A stretch of 62,494 nt of DNA, filler included, from Stramenopiles sp. TOSAG23-6 (taxonomy: Eukaryota): assembly GCA_900128565.1 (NCBI GenBank). It is 14 parts of 14 records of this genome, joined end to end, with 100 filler letters (N's around TTAATTAATTAA, not from the genome) between each part and the next. Parts side by side here need not be neighbours in the genome. Positions count along the whole stretch, not along the records: positions 22,485 to 26,854 come from LT637182.1; positions 26,955 to 31,323 come from LT637183.1; positions 31,424 to 35,792 come from LT637184.1; positions 35,893 to 40,258 come from LT637185.1; 10 more parts are not named here. One strand, given 5' to 3'. Shown piece by piece: positions 24,935 to 36,848 of this stretch (the stretch's first letter is position 1; every line of letters begins with the position of its first letter). A program made the translations under genes and the position numbers. The notes under the pieces are model-generated. The model ran no database searches. It was not told the DNA's origin and was given only the letters and a program-made list of their open reading frames with translations.

Positions 24935-25775
24935 TCAATATATCGGATATCCTTTGAATGTGACTTGATCATCACCCTCTTCCAACATTCGATCAGACGG
25001 TTTCATATCCCAACCTGTATTGTACTTTTTTTTTTTTTTAGGAAAATTTGTTAGGTACAAAATTTACTACGAAAAAAAAAGAGAATTTTTTTTGTTTCGA
25101 CAAAAAAATTTCGTACAAAAACAAAATTCATAATGAAATTGTACAAACGCCTGTAATCTTATACTGAGTTCGTTTGTTGCCATACACAGTAGCTACCCAT
25201 GCACCACGACGGTTATTTTGGCGTGTTCTTTTATTTCGTGACGGAAAATTTTGTTGAGCACTCGGAATGTGAAAAAATAATCCAGGTTTTGACATAGCTT
25301 GAACGTCTTTCATCTTACGTATTGCATTTCGAGTTCGTACAGCTGCGAGTTGACCAAGACCATTAGATTCAACTTCCTTGACATAGATGAATTGTACTTC
25401 ATACGTTGTAGCTTCGTTTGTTTCTGTTGTCATGCGTGCGCGAGGATCAGTTGTTCGTTTGGCTTCCAGCGTGACTTCCACTTTCGTTCCAGGGTCTTTT
25501 GGACATAAAGGTTCACCAACGGTCCATACAATTCCACCATCAGTTTGAGGAGGACGGATTTTGCATATTTGGTGAGCGGTATTACTCTCCATTTCACGAA
25601 GTTTTTCGACACCTTTGTAGATGAGTTTATCACGTAGTGACCTTTCCATGTCACCCACAGAGAGCTTCGTTTCGTCTTGAAAAAAACGCACGTCATGGTG
25701 ATGCCATGTTTCTGCATCAATATGACAACGATATTGATTGGACTTCACAGTTCGAGGAAGTGGAATTCGTCCCAT
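24935..25775 (-). pseudogene. Truncated PIWI/Argonaute-like gene (N domain + partial PAZ)
   Basis: RTVKSNQY...WHHHDVRF...TDGGIVWT (N-domain-like); GAWVATVYGNKRTQYKITGV|CWDMKPSD...VTFKGY (PAZ-like) across GT-AG intron 25015-25144; early stop, no MID/PIWI domain. Confidence 0.55.
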
Positions 25776-26082
25776 AATGTTTTACTGTTTTTTATATCGG
25801 AATGATTTATGTATGAGGTATAATTAGTGTTTCTCTTTGGTTTGGTGGCCACTCCATCCCACGCGTCTTGTTGATGTCAGGTAGATTTGAAAAAATGGGT
25901 GTCAGCTGAGTACAATTCACAAAAAACGTACGTTTGCGAAACTGTCAACCGTTAGTTAGCCAACCTACAGTAGCTAAAACCAACGATTCTATTTCTTATA
26001 CTTTATCTTCTCCTTTATATGTATCCAGAGACTATTAGATAATCAATGATAAAATTGTTGTACTGTACGTATTGAAAATTAC

Positions 26083-26790
26083 ATGTTTACACGTTTAGTT
26101 GAAAACCCACGAAATCGACGTCGAAGTGGTGACGGTAGTGAAAAACAGGATACTAATTACGAGGGTAAAACAAGAACATTACCCATTGAACAAACTCAAG
26201 CGGAGAAAGAACAGGACGATCTTGCACGCGCTGTAAAAGCTCGTGAAGCTGAATGGGATCGTCAGAGAAATCGAACGTTTATTGAAAGCAATGTTGCGAC
26301 TCCGCCACTGCCGAAACCGTTAGCAAGTCTACCTTCACCATCAGTAAGTAGAGCTGCAGCTGCGTCTTCGTCACGTCACAGGGTTCATACTTTGCCAACA
26401 ACACCTGGGCATAAGAGTGTAGCAGTAGGCCATCCGGTACGTGACAGAGAGACTGTATTGGCTGAAGGTGATGAAGCAGCATCTGTGTTATCTCAAATTC
26501 GTGCTACTCTTGCAAAAAGTGAATCTAAAACTTGCTCAAAAGAGGAGAGTATAATAAAAGAAAACTCTAAGAGGTACGTTTTCATCATGAATTTCAAAAA
26601 ACAAATTGTATCAAAATTTGTACCAAACATTTTTTTAACCAATTTCGAATTAACATATTTTTTTTACAATACATAAAGTCTCAGGTAGATTCTGATATTA
26701 ATGCTGTTGACGTTCTAAAGACAGTTAGAGGAACATTGAATCAAGCTACGTCTATCCAGTCAAATGCAAATGCAAAAGCTGCTGAGGCAT
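26083..26790 (+). CDS. Hypothetical protein, 3' partial
   Basis: Exons 26083-26573 and 26675-26790 joined by GT-AT intron 26574-26674; internal repeat AASVLSQIRATL / AVDVLKTVRGTL spans the join. Confidence 0.65.
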
Positions 26791-27291
26791 GTACGTTTCA
26801 TTTTTTTTTCAATTTCGAATTTTTTTTTCGTACGAAATTTTGTACCTAACGAAANNNNNNNNNNNNNNNNNNNNNNNNNNNNNNNNNNNNNNNNNNNNTT
26901 AATTAATTAANNNNNNNNNNNNNNNNNNNNNNNNNNNNNNNNNNNNNNNNNNNNCACAGCAATGAAATTTCTTCATTGGTTCATTACTTCCATATTTATA
27001 TCAATGTTGTTTTATTTTATAACCGCTCTCCACGAAATCTGTAAAAAAATCGAAATGTCGAAAATATTGTACTTGAAATAATCAAATCGAAATCAAATCG
27101 ATCAAAATTTTCTTTTCTTTTCACATTTACTATACACTTGACTAAAGTTTGACTTAGTTTAAAATTAAAAATCCAATTGATTGTTAAATATTGATTGTGA
27201 CTGAATGATATCATCATGCTTCCTATGATATATTTCCCAACTGATTGATATATAGAAGCATTTCTCTTTGATTAAGATTCCTTTAAAAACA

Positions 27292-29443
27292 ATGGAGGAT
27301 GGACATCGGAAAGGATTTGGAGGAAAAACGATTGGAAATATAGGTTCCTTTATTTATTTAGTGAACCAGATTTTCGGGCCTGGTGTCCTTGCTCTTCCTT
27401 ACGTTGTTATACAGAGTGGATTCATCCCATCGTTATTGATGAATGTATTCATGTGTATGGCTTCGGCGTTATCTTCAACAATGCTAATGGGTGCAATACG
27501 TGCAATTCCTCAAAATAGACATCTTCAACAAAGATTAGGATTTTTTAGTGCAATTCGTTTTTACTATGGTACAAAAGTCGCAACAGTGTTTCAATTTTTT
27601 CTTCATTTAACGTTACAATCGTTAAATATTGCTTCAATCATCGATGTGGCTTGTGCATTTGATAAGTTACTACTAAAACTAGTTGGTAAAACACCAGCAT
27701 TAGAAGTTTCACCTCACTTTCATTTTGGATTATTTGATCTTAATTGGGTGAGTTCAGTTTATGGCTCAGATCAATCTACAATAACATTTGCATTAACTTT
27801 AGGGTATTGTATTGTTGGTTTGTTATGTATACCAATGGGAATGTTTAATATTGATGATAACATCATTGTACAAATTGTCTCTTTTATATTTTTAGTCATT
27901 CTCATTGGTATTTTTGTACTTCAATGTATTATTGATGGATTTCGTGCAGATCATTTTGACAATAATGATGAAGATTTCGTATTTCCTTCTTTTTTTGGTT
28001 CAGAGTATCGAGGATTAATGGCAGTCTATATATTTTCATACAGTTATACAATGCTAATTCCTCCATGTAACTATATATTTTTTACATTTATTTGAATTTT
28101 TTTTTTTCAAAATGAATTTTTGTTTCGTACGAAATTTTGTACCTAACAAAATATTTGAAATTTTTGAAATATTTTTTTTATATTTCATGGGCAAATGAAG
28201 CGAAACGAAACGTTAATATTGGAAAACAAATTTGGTTATCTGCTTTAACATCATGCATTGGTTATTTGATTGTTGGTATGTAATTCAATAATATATTTTG
28301 AATTTGAATTTTTTTTGAATTTTTTTTTTGAATTTGAATTTTTTTTCATACCTAACAAAATTTTAACTTTGATTTGTTAGACTTTTACATGGACTCTACT
28401 CGCTTGTGCATATCCAAATATTACAACAGATAATGTTCTTCTCAGTATATTAAACAGTAAATATTCTAATTGTGTGTTTATATTTTAAATATCATTTTTT
28501 TTTTAAATACAAAANTNTATACCNAANAAAAAAAAANTCATTTTTTTTTNATATATTTTTCAAAAATATATTAATTACAAGAATTGCTGCATATGCATTT
28601 GCTGCCACAATTATATTACCAGGTATCCCTGTGTTTTGTATAACAACTCGGTATGATTTACAAATGAGTGGAATATGTTCGTATGTACGTTTTTTCGTAC
28701 TATTTTTTTATTTTTTTGAAATTTTATTTTTCGTACGAAATTTCATACCTAACAAAAAAAAATATTTTTTTTATGAAATATTTTTCAACATGTAGAGACA
28801 AAGTATTTTTTTTGGAAACATTGCTCCATGGTTAATTGCTTGGTGTTTATCATCTGCTACTGCTTTTTCATCCATGTTGGTATGGACAAGTTTGGTATGT
28901 GGATCTGTAGTGAATTACATTGTACCTTTATTTTTATACAGAACATCAATTTTAAAAGCCAAAGAAAACCCTAACCCTAGTACTATGAACCCTAACCCTA
29001 GTATAAATGATGATAGAATAAGTCCTAACCCTAGTTCAAATGATGATGAAGAAGAAGTAAAAGAACAACAACAAATTCGAAATTCATTAGGTATGAAATG
29101 TAGAATAAATTCAATTTCAAATTTATCTGTACTTGAGTCACCACTAATTGAAAACTTTTATAATCAATACAATGATGAAAGAAAAATGAATGAAATAAAT
29201 ACTATAGACATGAACCCTAACCCTAATCAACAATCCTCGTATAATGGCTTTTATAATGAAGAAGAAAATTTATTGAATATAGACATGAACCCTAACCCTA
29301 ATCAACAAAACCCTAACCTTAATCAACAATGGACTGTTTACCCTAAATGTGTTCAAAAATACGAAATGTATATAACAAATTGTATATTAGTGTTGATTCT
29401 GATTTCAGTCATTACTTGTATCACTATACAAATTTTTAAATAA
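27292..29443 (+). CDS. Amino-acid transporter (Aa_trans/AAAP family), five exons
   Basis: LVNQIFGPGVLALPYVVIQSGF and multiple TM segments; introns 28067-28188 (AT), 28276-28390 (AT), 28472-28571 (AT) and 28685-28795 (AG) give one open frame. Confidence 0.85.
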
Positions 29444-29808
29444 AGTTGAAATGAGTTGAAATGTCCAAAACAATTTCGAGAGTAAATGACAATCTATATT
29501 GAAGTTGAATACTATATATGATATATATGTATATATATGTATATAATAATAATACAATTAATTTGAATCATCTTTTTATTTTATTTCTTCACAAAACCAA
29601 ATAAATCACTTTTTTGTTGTTCAATTCAAAACACAAAAATACAAAATAATGACAAGCCCATTTGACTTGGACTAAATATTTTCATTGTACCATTTCTCAC
29701 CATGACTCCAAAATATTCTTGTGCATATCGATCAATGTAGACCAATCTACTTCACTTGTATATTCTTTTCGAAACAAACCAAATGTATTCTATACCTGAT
29801 TTTGTTAG

Positions 29809-30370
29809 TTAAACACTTTTACGATCTGTCATGACACGAAGTATAGAACCAACACCGACTTTTGTGTTTAATAATGAATGCCACCTAAATAGTGTTGAAG
29901 CGCGTTTTGGATCTTCTAAACCTTTGTAAATATATTTCATAAGTACATCATAGTATTCTGGTGAAAGTTTATTGATACATGACTTAATTTTATCGTCTCT
30001 ACATCCGTATAAAACTTTATAAACACATTCTGCGTTAGCTTCCTATAATGTAAATGAAAATGTCAAAGTGTCAAAAATGAAGGAATAAGTTCAAAAGTAT
30101 GTACAACTATACGATTCAAGTATATTATAAAAACACAGTATCAAAGGGTATAAACGGGATGTTGAATTCTGATGAGTGAAAATACTTGTAAAAGATGATA
30201 TGATGTTGTACTTTTGAAGAACTTACCTTGACTTCTTTGTTTTTACTACCCAATGGTGGGTTCTCCAAAGATTTAGAAAGAGCTTGCAAGAAATTATTTT
30301 GACTTAGTAAATCTTCCACTTCTGATTTTTTTATGCGAATGCTATCTAGAAAAGCAGCATCATTTGACAT
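29809..30370 (-). CDS. ARPC5: Arp2/3 complex subunit 5 (p16-Arc)
   Basis: ALSKSLENPPLGSKNKEVK|EAN...DVLMKYIYKGL...LFRWHSLL...GVGSILRVMTDRKSV; canonical intron 30043-30226 (GTAAGT...TAG). Confidence 0.92.
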
Positions 30371-30725
30371 TATTATACTCCTAACACTTCTTCTTATTGT
30401 TTACGATGCCTTGGCTATACTTAACACAATTTGTCACTTTGACTATTATTACTATCAGATTTTATTACGCAAGCAGAATGATGATGATTGAAATGAAGAA
30501 AATGGTTTTGGGAAAATTTTATGGGTCAGAAAAGGTACCAGGTAACGGTATCAAATTTCGAATTAATTCATCGATATTATTTTATTGATTTTTTTATCTA
30601 ATTTCTCAAATTTAATCAAATATGTGTTATTATTTTTGTTTGTATATGAAATGTTTCACCCTTTTATAAACAACAGGGAAACATTTTAGTACAATAATAA
30701 ACAGATAATAATAAGAAAAATAAAT

Positions 30726-31323
30726 TTAAAAATATTTTTCAAGCATTGCTTGTGCATACTTATTACTGGCATTAGCAGCTTTGGTATACCACTTTTTAGC
30801 TTCTTTTTTGTCTACAGCAACACCATGACCAAATTGATAGCAATAACCAAGATTATTTTGTCCACTGCTATGACCTGCATTAGCGGATTTAGTATACCAC
30901 TTGAAAGCTTCTTTTTTGTCTTCAGCAACACCAATACCATATTCATAACAATAACCAAGATTACTTTGTCCACCACTATTACCTGCATTAGCGGATTTAG
31001 TATACCACTTGAAAGCTTCTTTTTTGTCTTGAGCAACACCACGACCATGTTGATAGCAATAACCAATATAATTTTGTGAAATACTATCATCACTATTATC
31101 CATAAACATCTTAAATGCTTTTTCCTCATCCTTTTTATAACCATTCCAACCACTAAGTGTACAAAATGCAATAGCTGTTGGAAAACCAGCAATAGCCACA
31201 GATTCAATCATTAGTCGTCCATTCTCTTTATCAATAGTCTGAAAGTCATTACCATAAAACTTCGCATAACCAAGTTCAAATAAATTCTGTGCACCTTTAT
31301 TTTCTATCTTTTGACGTTTTACT
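30726..31323 (-). CDS. Sel1-like repeat protein, 5' partial
   Basis: Three 36-aa repeats QxNLGYCYxxGxGVAxDKKEAFKWYTKSANAG. Confidence 0.9.
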
Positions 31324-31760
31324 NNNNNNNNNNNNNNNNNNNNNNNNNNNNNNNNNNNNNNNNNNNNTTAATTAATTAANNNNNNNNNNNNNNNNNNNNN
31401 NNNNNNNNNNNNNNNNNNNNNNNCACAGCAATGAAATTTCTTCATTGGTTCATTACTTCCATATTTATATCAATGTTGTTTTATTTTATAACCGCTCTCC
31501 ACGAAATCTGTAAAAAAATCGAAATGTCGAAAATATTGTACTTGAAATAATCAAATCGAAATCAAATCGATCAAAATTTTCTTTTCTTTTCACATTTACT
31601 ATACACTTGACTAAAGTTTGACTTAGTTTAAAATTAAAAATCCAATTGATTGTTAAATATTGATTGTGACTGAATGATATCATCATGCTTCCTATGATAT
31701 ATTTCCCAACTGATTGATATATAGAAGCATTTCTCTTTGATTAAGATTCCTTTAAAAACA

Positions 31761-33912
31761 ATGGAGGATGGACATCGGAAAGGATTTGGAGGAAAAACGA
31801 TTGGAAATATAGGTTCCTTTATTTATTTAGTGAACCAGATTTTCGGGCCTGGTGTCCTTGCTCTTCCTTACGTTGTTATACAGAGTGGATTCATCCCATC
31901 GTTATTGATGAATGTATTCATGTGTATGGCTTCGGCGTTATCTTCAACAATGCTAATGGGTGCAATACGTGCAATTCCTCAAAATAGACATCTTCAACAA
32001 AGATTAGGATTTTTTAGTGCAATTCGTTTTTACTATGGTACAAAAGTCGCAACAGTGTTTCAATTTTTTCTTCATTTAACGTTACAATCGTTAAATATTG
32101 CTTCAATCATCGATGTGGCTTGTGCATTTGATAAGTTACTACTAAAACTAGTTGGTAAAACACCAGCATTAGAAGTTTCACCTCACTTTCATTTTGGATT
32201 ATTTGATCTTAATTGGGTGAGTTCAGTTTATGGCTCAGATCAATCTACAATAACATTTGCATTAACTTTAGGGTATTGTATTGTTGGTTTGTTATGTATA
32301 CCAATGGGAATGTTTAATATTGATGATAACATCATTGTACAAATTGTCTCTTTTATATTTTTAGTCATTCTCATTGGTATTTTTGTACTTCAATGTATTA
32401 TTGATGGATTTCGTGCAGATCATTTTGACAATAATGATGAAGATTTCGTATTTCCTTCTTTTTTTGGTTCAGAGTATCGAGGATTAATGGCAGTCTATAT
32501 ATTTTCATACAGTTATACAATGCTAATTCCTCCATGTAACTATATATTTTTTACATTTATTTGAATTTTTTTTTTTCAAAATGAATTTTTGTTTCGTACG
32601 AAATTTTGTACCTAACAAAATATTTGAAATTTTTGAAATATTTTTTTTATATTTCATGGGCAAATGAAGCGAAACGAAACGTTAATATTGGAAAACAAAT
32701 TTGGTTATCTGCTTTAACATCATGCATTGGTTATTTGATTGTTGGTATGTAATTCAATAATATATTTTGAATTTGAATTTTTTTTGAATTTTTTTTTTGA
32801 ATTTGAATTTTTTTTCATACCTAACAAAATTTTAACTTTGATTTGTTAGACTTTTACATGGACTCTACTCGCTTGTGCATATCCAAATATTACAACAGAT
32901 AATGTTCTTCTCAGTATATTAAACAGTAAATATTCTAATTGTGTGTTTATATTTTAAATATCATTTTTTTTTTAAATACAAAANTNTATACCNAANAAAA
33001 AAAAANTCATTTTTTTTTNATATATTTTTCAAAAATATATTAATTACAAGAATTGCTGCATATGCATTTGCTGCCACAATTATATTACCAGGTATCCCTG
33101 TGTTTTGTATAACAACTCGGTATGATTTACAAATGAGTGGAATATGTTCGTATGTACGTTTTTTCGTACTATTTTTTTATTTTTTTGAAATTTTATTTTT
33201 CGTACGAAATTTCATACCTAACAAAAAAAAATATTTTTTTTATGAAATATTTTTCAACATGTAGAGACAAAGTATTTTTTTTGGAAACATTGCTCCATGG
33301 TTAATTGCTTGGTGTTTATCATCTGCTACTGCTTTTTCATCCATGTTGGTATGGACAAGTTTGGTATGTGGATCTGTAGTGAATTACATTGTACCTTTAT
33401 TTTTATACAGAACATCAATTTTAAAAGCCAAAGAAAACCCTAACCCTAGTACTATGAACCCTAACCCTAGTATAAATGATGATAGAATAAGTCCTAACCC
33501 TAGTTCAAATGATGATGAAGAAGAAGTAAAAGAACAACAACAAATTCGAAATTCATTAGGTATGAAATGTAGAATAAATTCAATTTCAAATTTATCTGTA
33601 CTTGAGTCACCACTAATTGAAAACTTTTATAATCAATACAATGATGAAAGAAAAATGAATGAAATAAATACTATAGACATGAACCCTAACCCTAATCAAC
33701 AATCCTCGTATAATGGCTTTTATAATGAAGAAGAAAATTTATTGAATATAGACATGAACCCTAACCCTAATCAACAAAACCCTAACCTTAATCAACAATG
33801 GACTGTTTACCCTAAATGTGTTCAAAAATACGAAATGTATATAACAAATTGTATATTAGTGTTGATTCTGATTTCAGTCATTACTTGTATCACTATACAA
33901 ATTTTTAAATAA
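31761..33912 (+). CDS. Amino-acid transporter (duplicate copy)
   Basis: Identical to 27292-29443. Confidence 0.8.
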
Positions 33913-34277
33913 AGTTGAAATGAGTTGAAATGTCCAAAACAATTTCGAGAGTAAATGACAATCTATATTGAAGTTGAATACTATATATGATATATATGTA
34001 TATATATGTATATAATAATAATACAATTAATTTGAATCATCTTTTTATTTTATTTCTTCACAAAACCAAATAAATCACTTTTTTGTTGTTCAATTCAAAA
34101 CACAAAAATACAAAATAATGACAAGCCCATTTGACTTGGACTAAATATTTTCATTGTACCATTTCTCACCATGACTCCAAAATATTCTTGTGCATATCGA
34201 TCAATGTAGACCAATCTACTTCACTTGTATATTCTTTTCGAAACAAACCAAATGTATTCTATACCTGATTTTGTTAG

Positions 34278-34839
34278 TTAAACACTTTTACGATCTGTCA
34301 TGACACGAAGTATAGAACCAACACCGACTTTTGTGTTTAATAATGAATGCCACCTAAATAGTGTTGAAGCGCGTTTTGGATCTTCTAAACCTTTGTAAAT
34401 ATATTTCATAAGTACATCATAGTATTCTGGTGAAAGTTTATTGATACATGACTTAATTTTATCGTCTCTACATCCGTATAAAACTTTATAAACACATTCT
34501 GCGTTAGCTTCCTATAATGTAAATGAAAATGTCAAAGTGTCAAAAATGAAGGAATAAGTTCAAAAGTATGTACAACTATACGATTCAAGTATATTATAAA
34601 AACACAGTATCAAAGGGTATAAACGGGATGTTGAATTCTGATGAGTGAAAATACTTGTAAAAGATGATATGATGTTGTACTTTTGAAGAACTTACCTTGA
34701 CTTCTTTGTTTTTACTACCCAATGGTGGGTTCTCCAAAGATTTAGAAAGAGCTTGCAAGAAATTATTTTGACTTAGTAAATCTTCCACTTCTGATTTTTT
34801 TATGCGAATGCTATCTAGAAAAGCAGCATCATTTGACAT
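34278..34839 (-). CDS. ARPC5: Arp2/3 complex subunit 5 (duplicate copy)
   Basis: Identical to 29809-30370. Confidence 0.88.
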
Positions 34840-35194
34840 TATTATACTCCTAACACTTCTTCTTATTGTTTACGATGCCTTGGCTATACTTAACACAATT
34901 TGTCACTTTGACTATTATTACTATCAGATTTTATTACGCAAGCAGAATGATGATGATTGAAATGAAGAAAATGGTTTTGGGAAAATTTTATGGGTCAGAA
35001 AAGGTACCAGGTAACGGTATCAAATTTCGAATTAATTCATCGATATTATTTTATTGATTTTTTTATCTAATTTCTCAAATTTAATCAAATATGTGTTATT
35101 ATTTTTGTTTGTATATGAAATGTTTCACCCTTTTATAAACAACAGGGAAACATTTTAGTACAATAATAAACAGATAATAATAAGAAAAATAAAT

Positions 35195-35792
35195 TTAAAA
35201 ATATTTTTCAAGCATTGCTTGTGCATACTTATTACTGGCATTAGCAGCTTTGGTATACCACTTTTTAGCTTCTTTTTTGTCTACAGCAACACCATGACCA
35301 AATTGATAGCAATAACCAAGATTATTTTGTCCACTGCTATGACCTGCATTAGCGGATTTAGTATACCACTTGAAAGCTTCTTTTTTGTCTTCAGCAACAC
35401 CAATACCATATTCATAACAATAACCAAGATTACTTTGTCCACCACTATTACCTGCATTAGCGGATTTAGTATACCACTTGAAAGCTTCTTTTTTGTCTTG
35501 AGCAACACCACGACCATGTTGATAGCAATAACCAATATAATTTTGTGAAATACTATCATCACTATTATCCATAAACATCTTAAATGCTTTTTCCTCATCC
35601 TTTTTATAACCATTCCAACCACTAAGTGTACAAAATGCAATAGCTGTTGGAAAACCAGCAATAGCCACAGATTCAATCATTAGTCGTCCATTCTCTTTAT
35701 CAATAGTCTGAAAGTCATTACCATAAAACTTCGCATAACCAAGTTCAAATAAATTCTGTGCACCTTTATTTTCTATCTTTTGACGTTTTACT
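35195..35792 (-). CDS. Sel1-like repeat protein (duplicate copy)
   Basis: Identical to 30726-31323. Confidence 0.85.
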
Positions 35793-35944
35793 NNNNNNNN
35801 NNNNNNNNNNNNNNNNNNNNNNNNNNNNNNNNNNNNTTAATTAATTAANNNNNNNNNNNNNNNNNNNNNNNNNNNNNNNNNNNNNNNNNNNNTACGAAAT
35901 TTTGTACCTAACGATTTTTTTTGAAATATTTTTCCAAAATACAT

Positions 35945-36087
35945 GTGATAAACCATATCCTTCCCCAACGCAGCAACAAATAGATGATTTACACGAAAAA
36001 TACTGCCAAGCACTTAAAAAACTTTATGATCAGTATAAGGATGTGTACGCAAAAGATCGTTGTGAAGAATTATTATTTGTTCAATAA
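35945..36087 (+). CDS. Last exon of a DGAT2/MOGAT-family acyltransferase
   Basis: PSPTQQQIDDLHEKYCQALKKLYDQYKDVY...ELLFV; preceded by branch box and CCAAAATACAT. Confidence 0.75.
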
Positions 36088-36848
36088 AAAAAAAAAATTG
36101 TAGTCGTGTAAAACTTTCAAATTTAATTAGACATTTGCTTTGATTGTTCAATAAAAAAAAATATTTTGTAGTCGTGTAAAACTTTCAAATTTAATTAGAC
36201 ATTTAATTAAAATTGGAAATAAAATCAAAGCTGTGTACGAGGCTAAGGATGATTTATAGAGGGTACAGAAAGAAAAATATTATTTTCAATATGTACCTTC
36301 AAAGTCAAACGCATGAATATTTTTTCACATTAAATTGATATAATGTCAGTGGTCTTCTTAGATTGGCCAAGTGTATCAAAATAAAATGTTCTTAAAAAGG
36401 ACCAATAATATGTAAAAATTGTTAGGTACGAAATTTTGTACCAAACCCGTATACGCTTGACCTTTACGTAAAAAAATTGTTAAAAAATTCGTCGAAAAGT
36501 GTATGACATTGTCCCTTTGGTTCGAATCCCGCTTTGGTTACAAATACAAAATAAGTTAGAACATACTTATAGTAGTACCCAACATTAAGGCACGAAAGCC
36601 CTAACCCTAATAACCCTATTTAGATTTCCAANATTGAATTTTTGAAGCGTTTGAAAGTGTTAAAACGTTACTTGTAGATTATACGTTAATATTAAACGTA
36701 AAAATGTTTTTTAACACCCAGCGGTAAATTACATCTATTAGTAGCTAGTAGTAGTAAACTTGAGTAGCATTTAACATCCTCCATCTGAAGCCTAAAAACA
36801 CAAGGGAGGAAGGTAAAAGTTGTGTTCTTCTCCACTTAAATTGGGAGA

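Larger units (their letters stand above)
31424..35792 (+). repeat. Exact duplicate of contig 26955-31323 (redundant contig)
   Basis: Offset 4469; identical ends and identical N positions. Confidence 0.95.

Noticed and set aside
26955-35792. Tandem segmental duplication
   Set aside because: The two copies are identical including ambiguous bases and ends, and are separated by a linker; this is a redundant contig.
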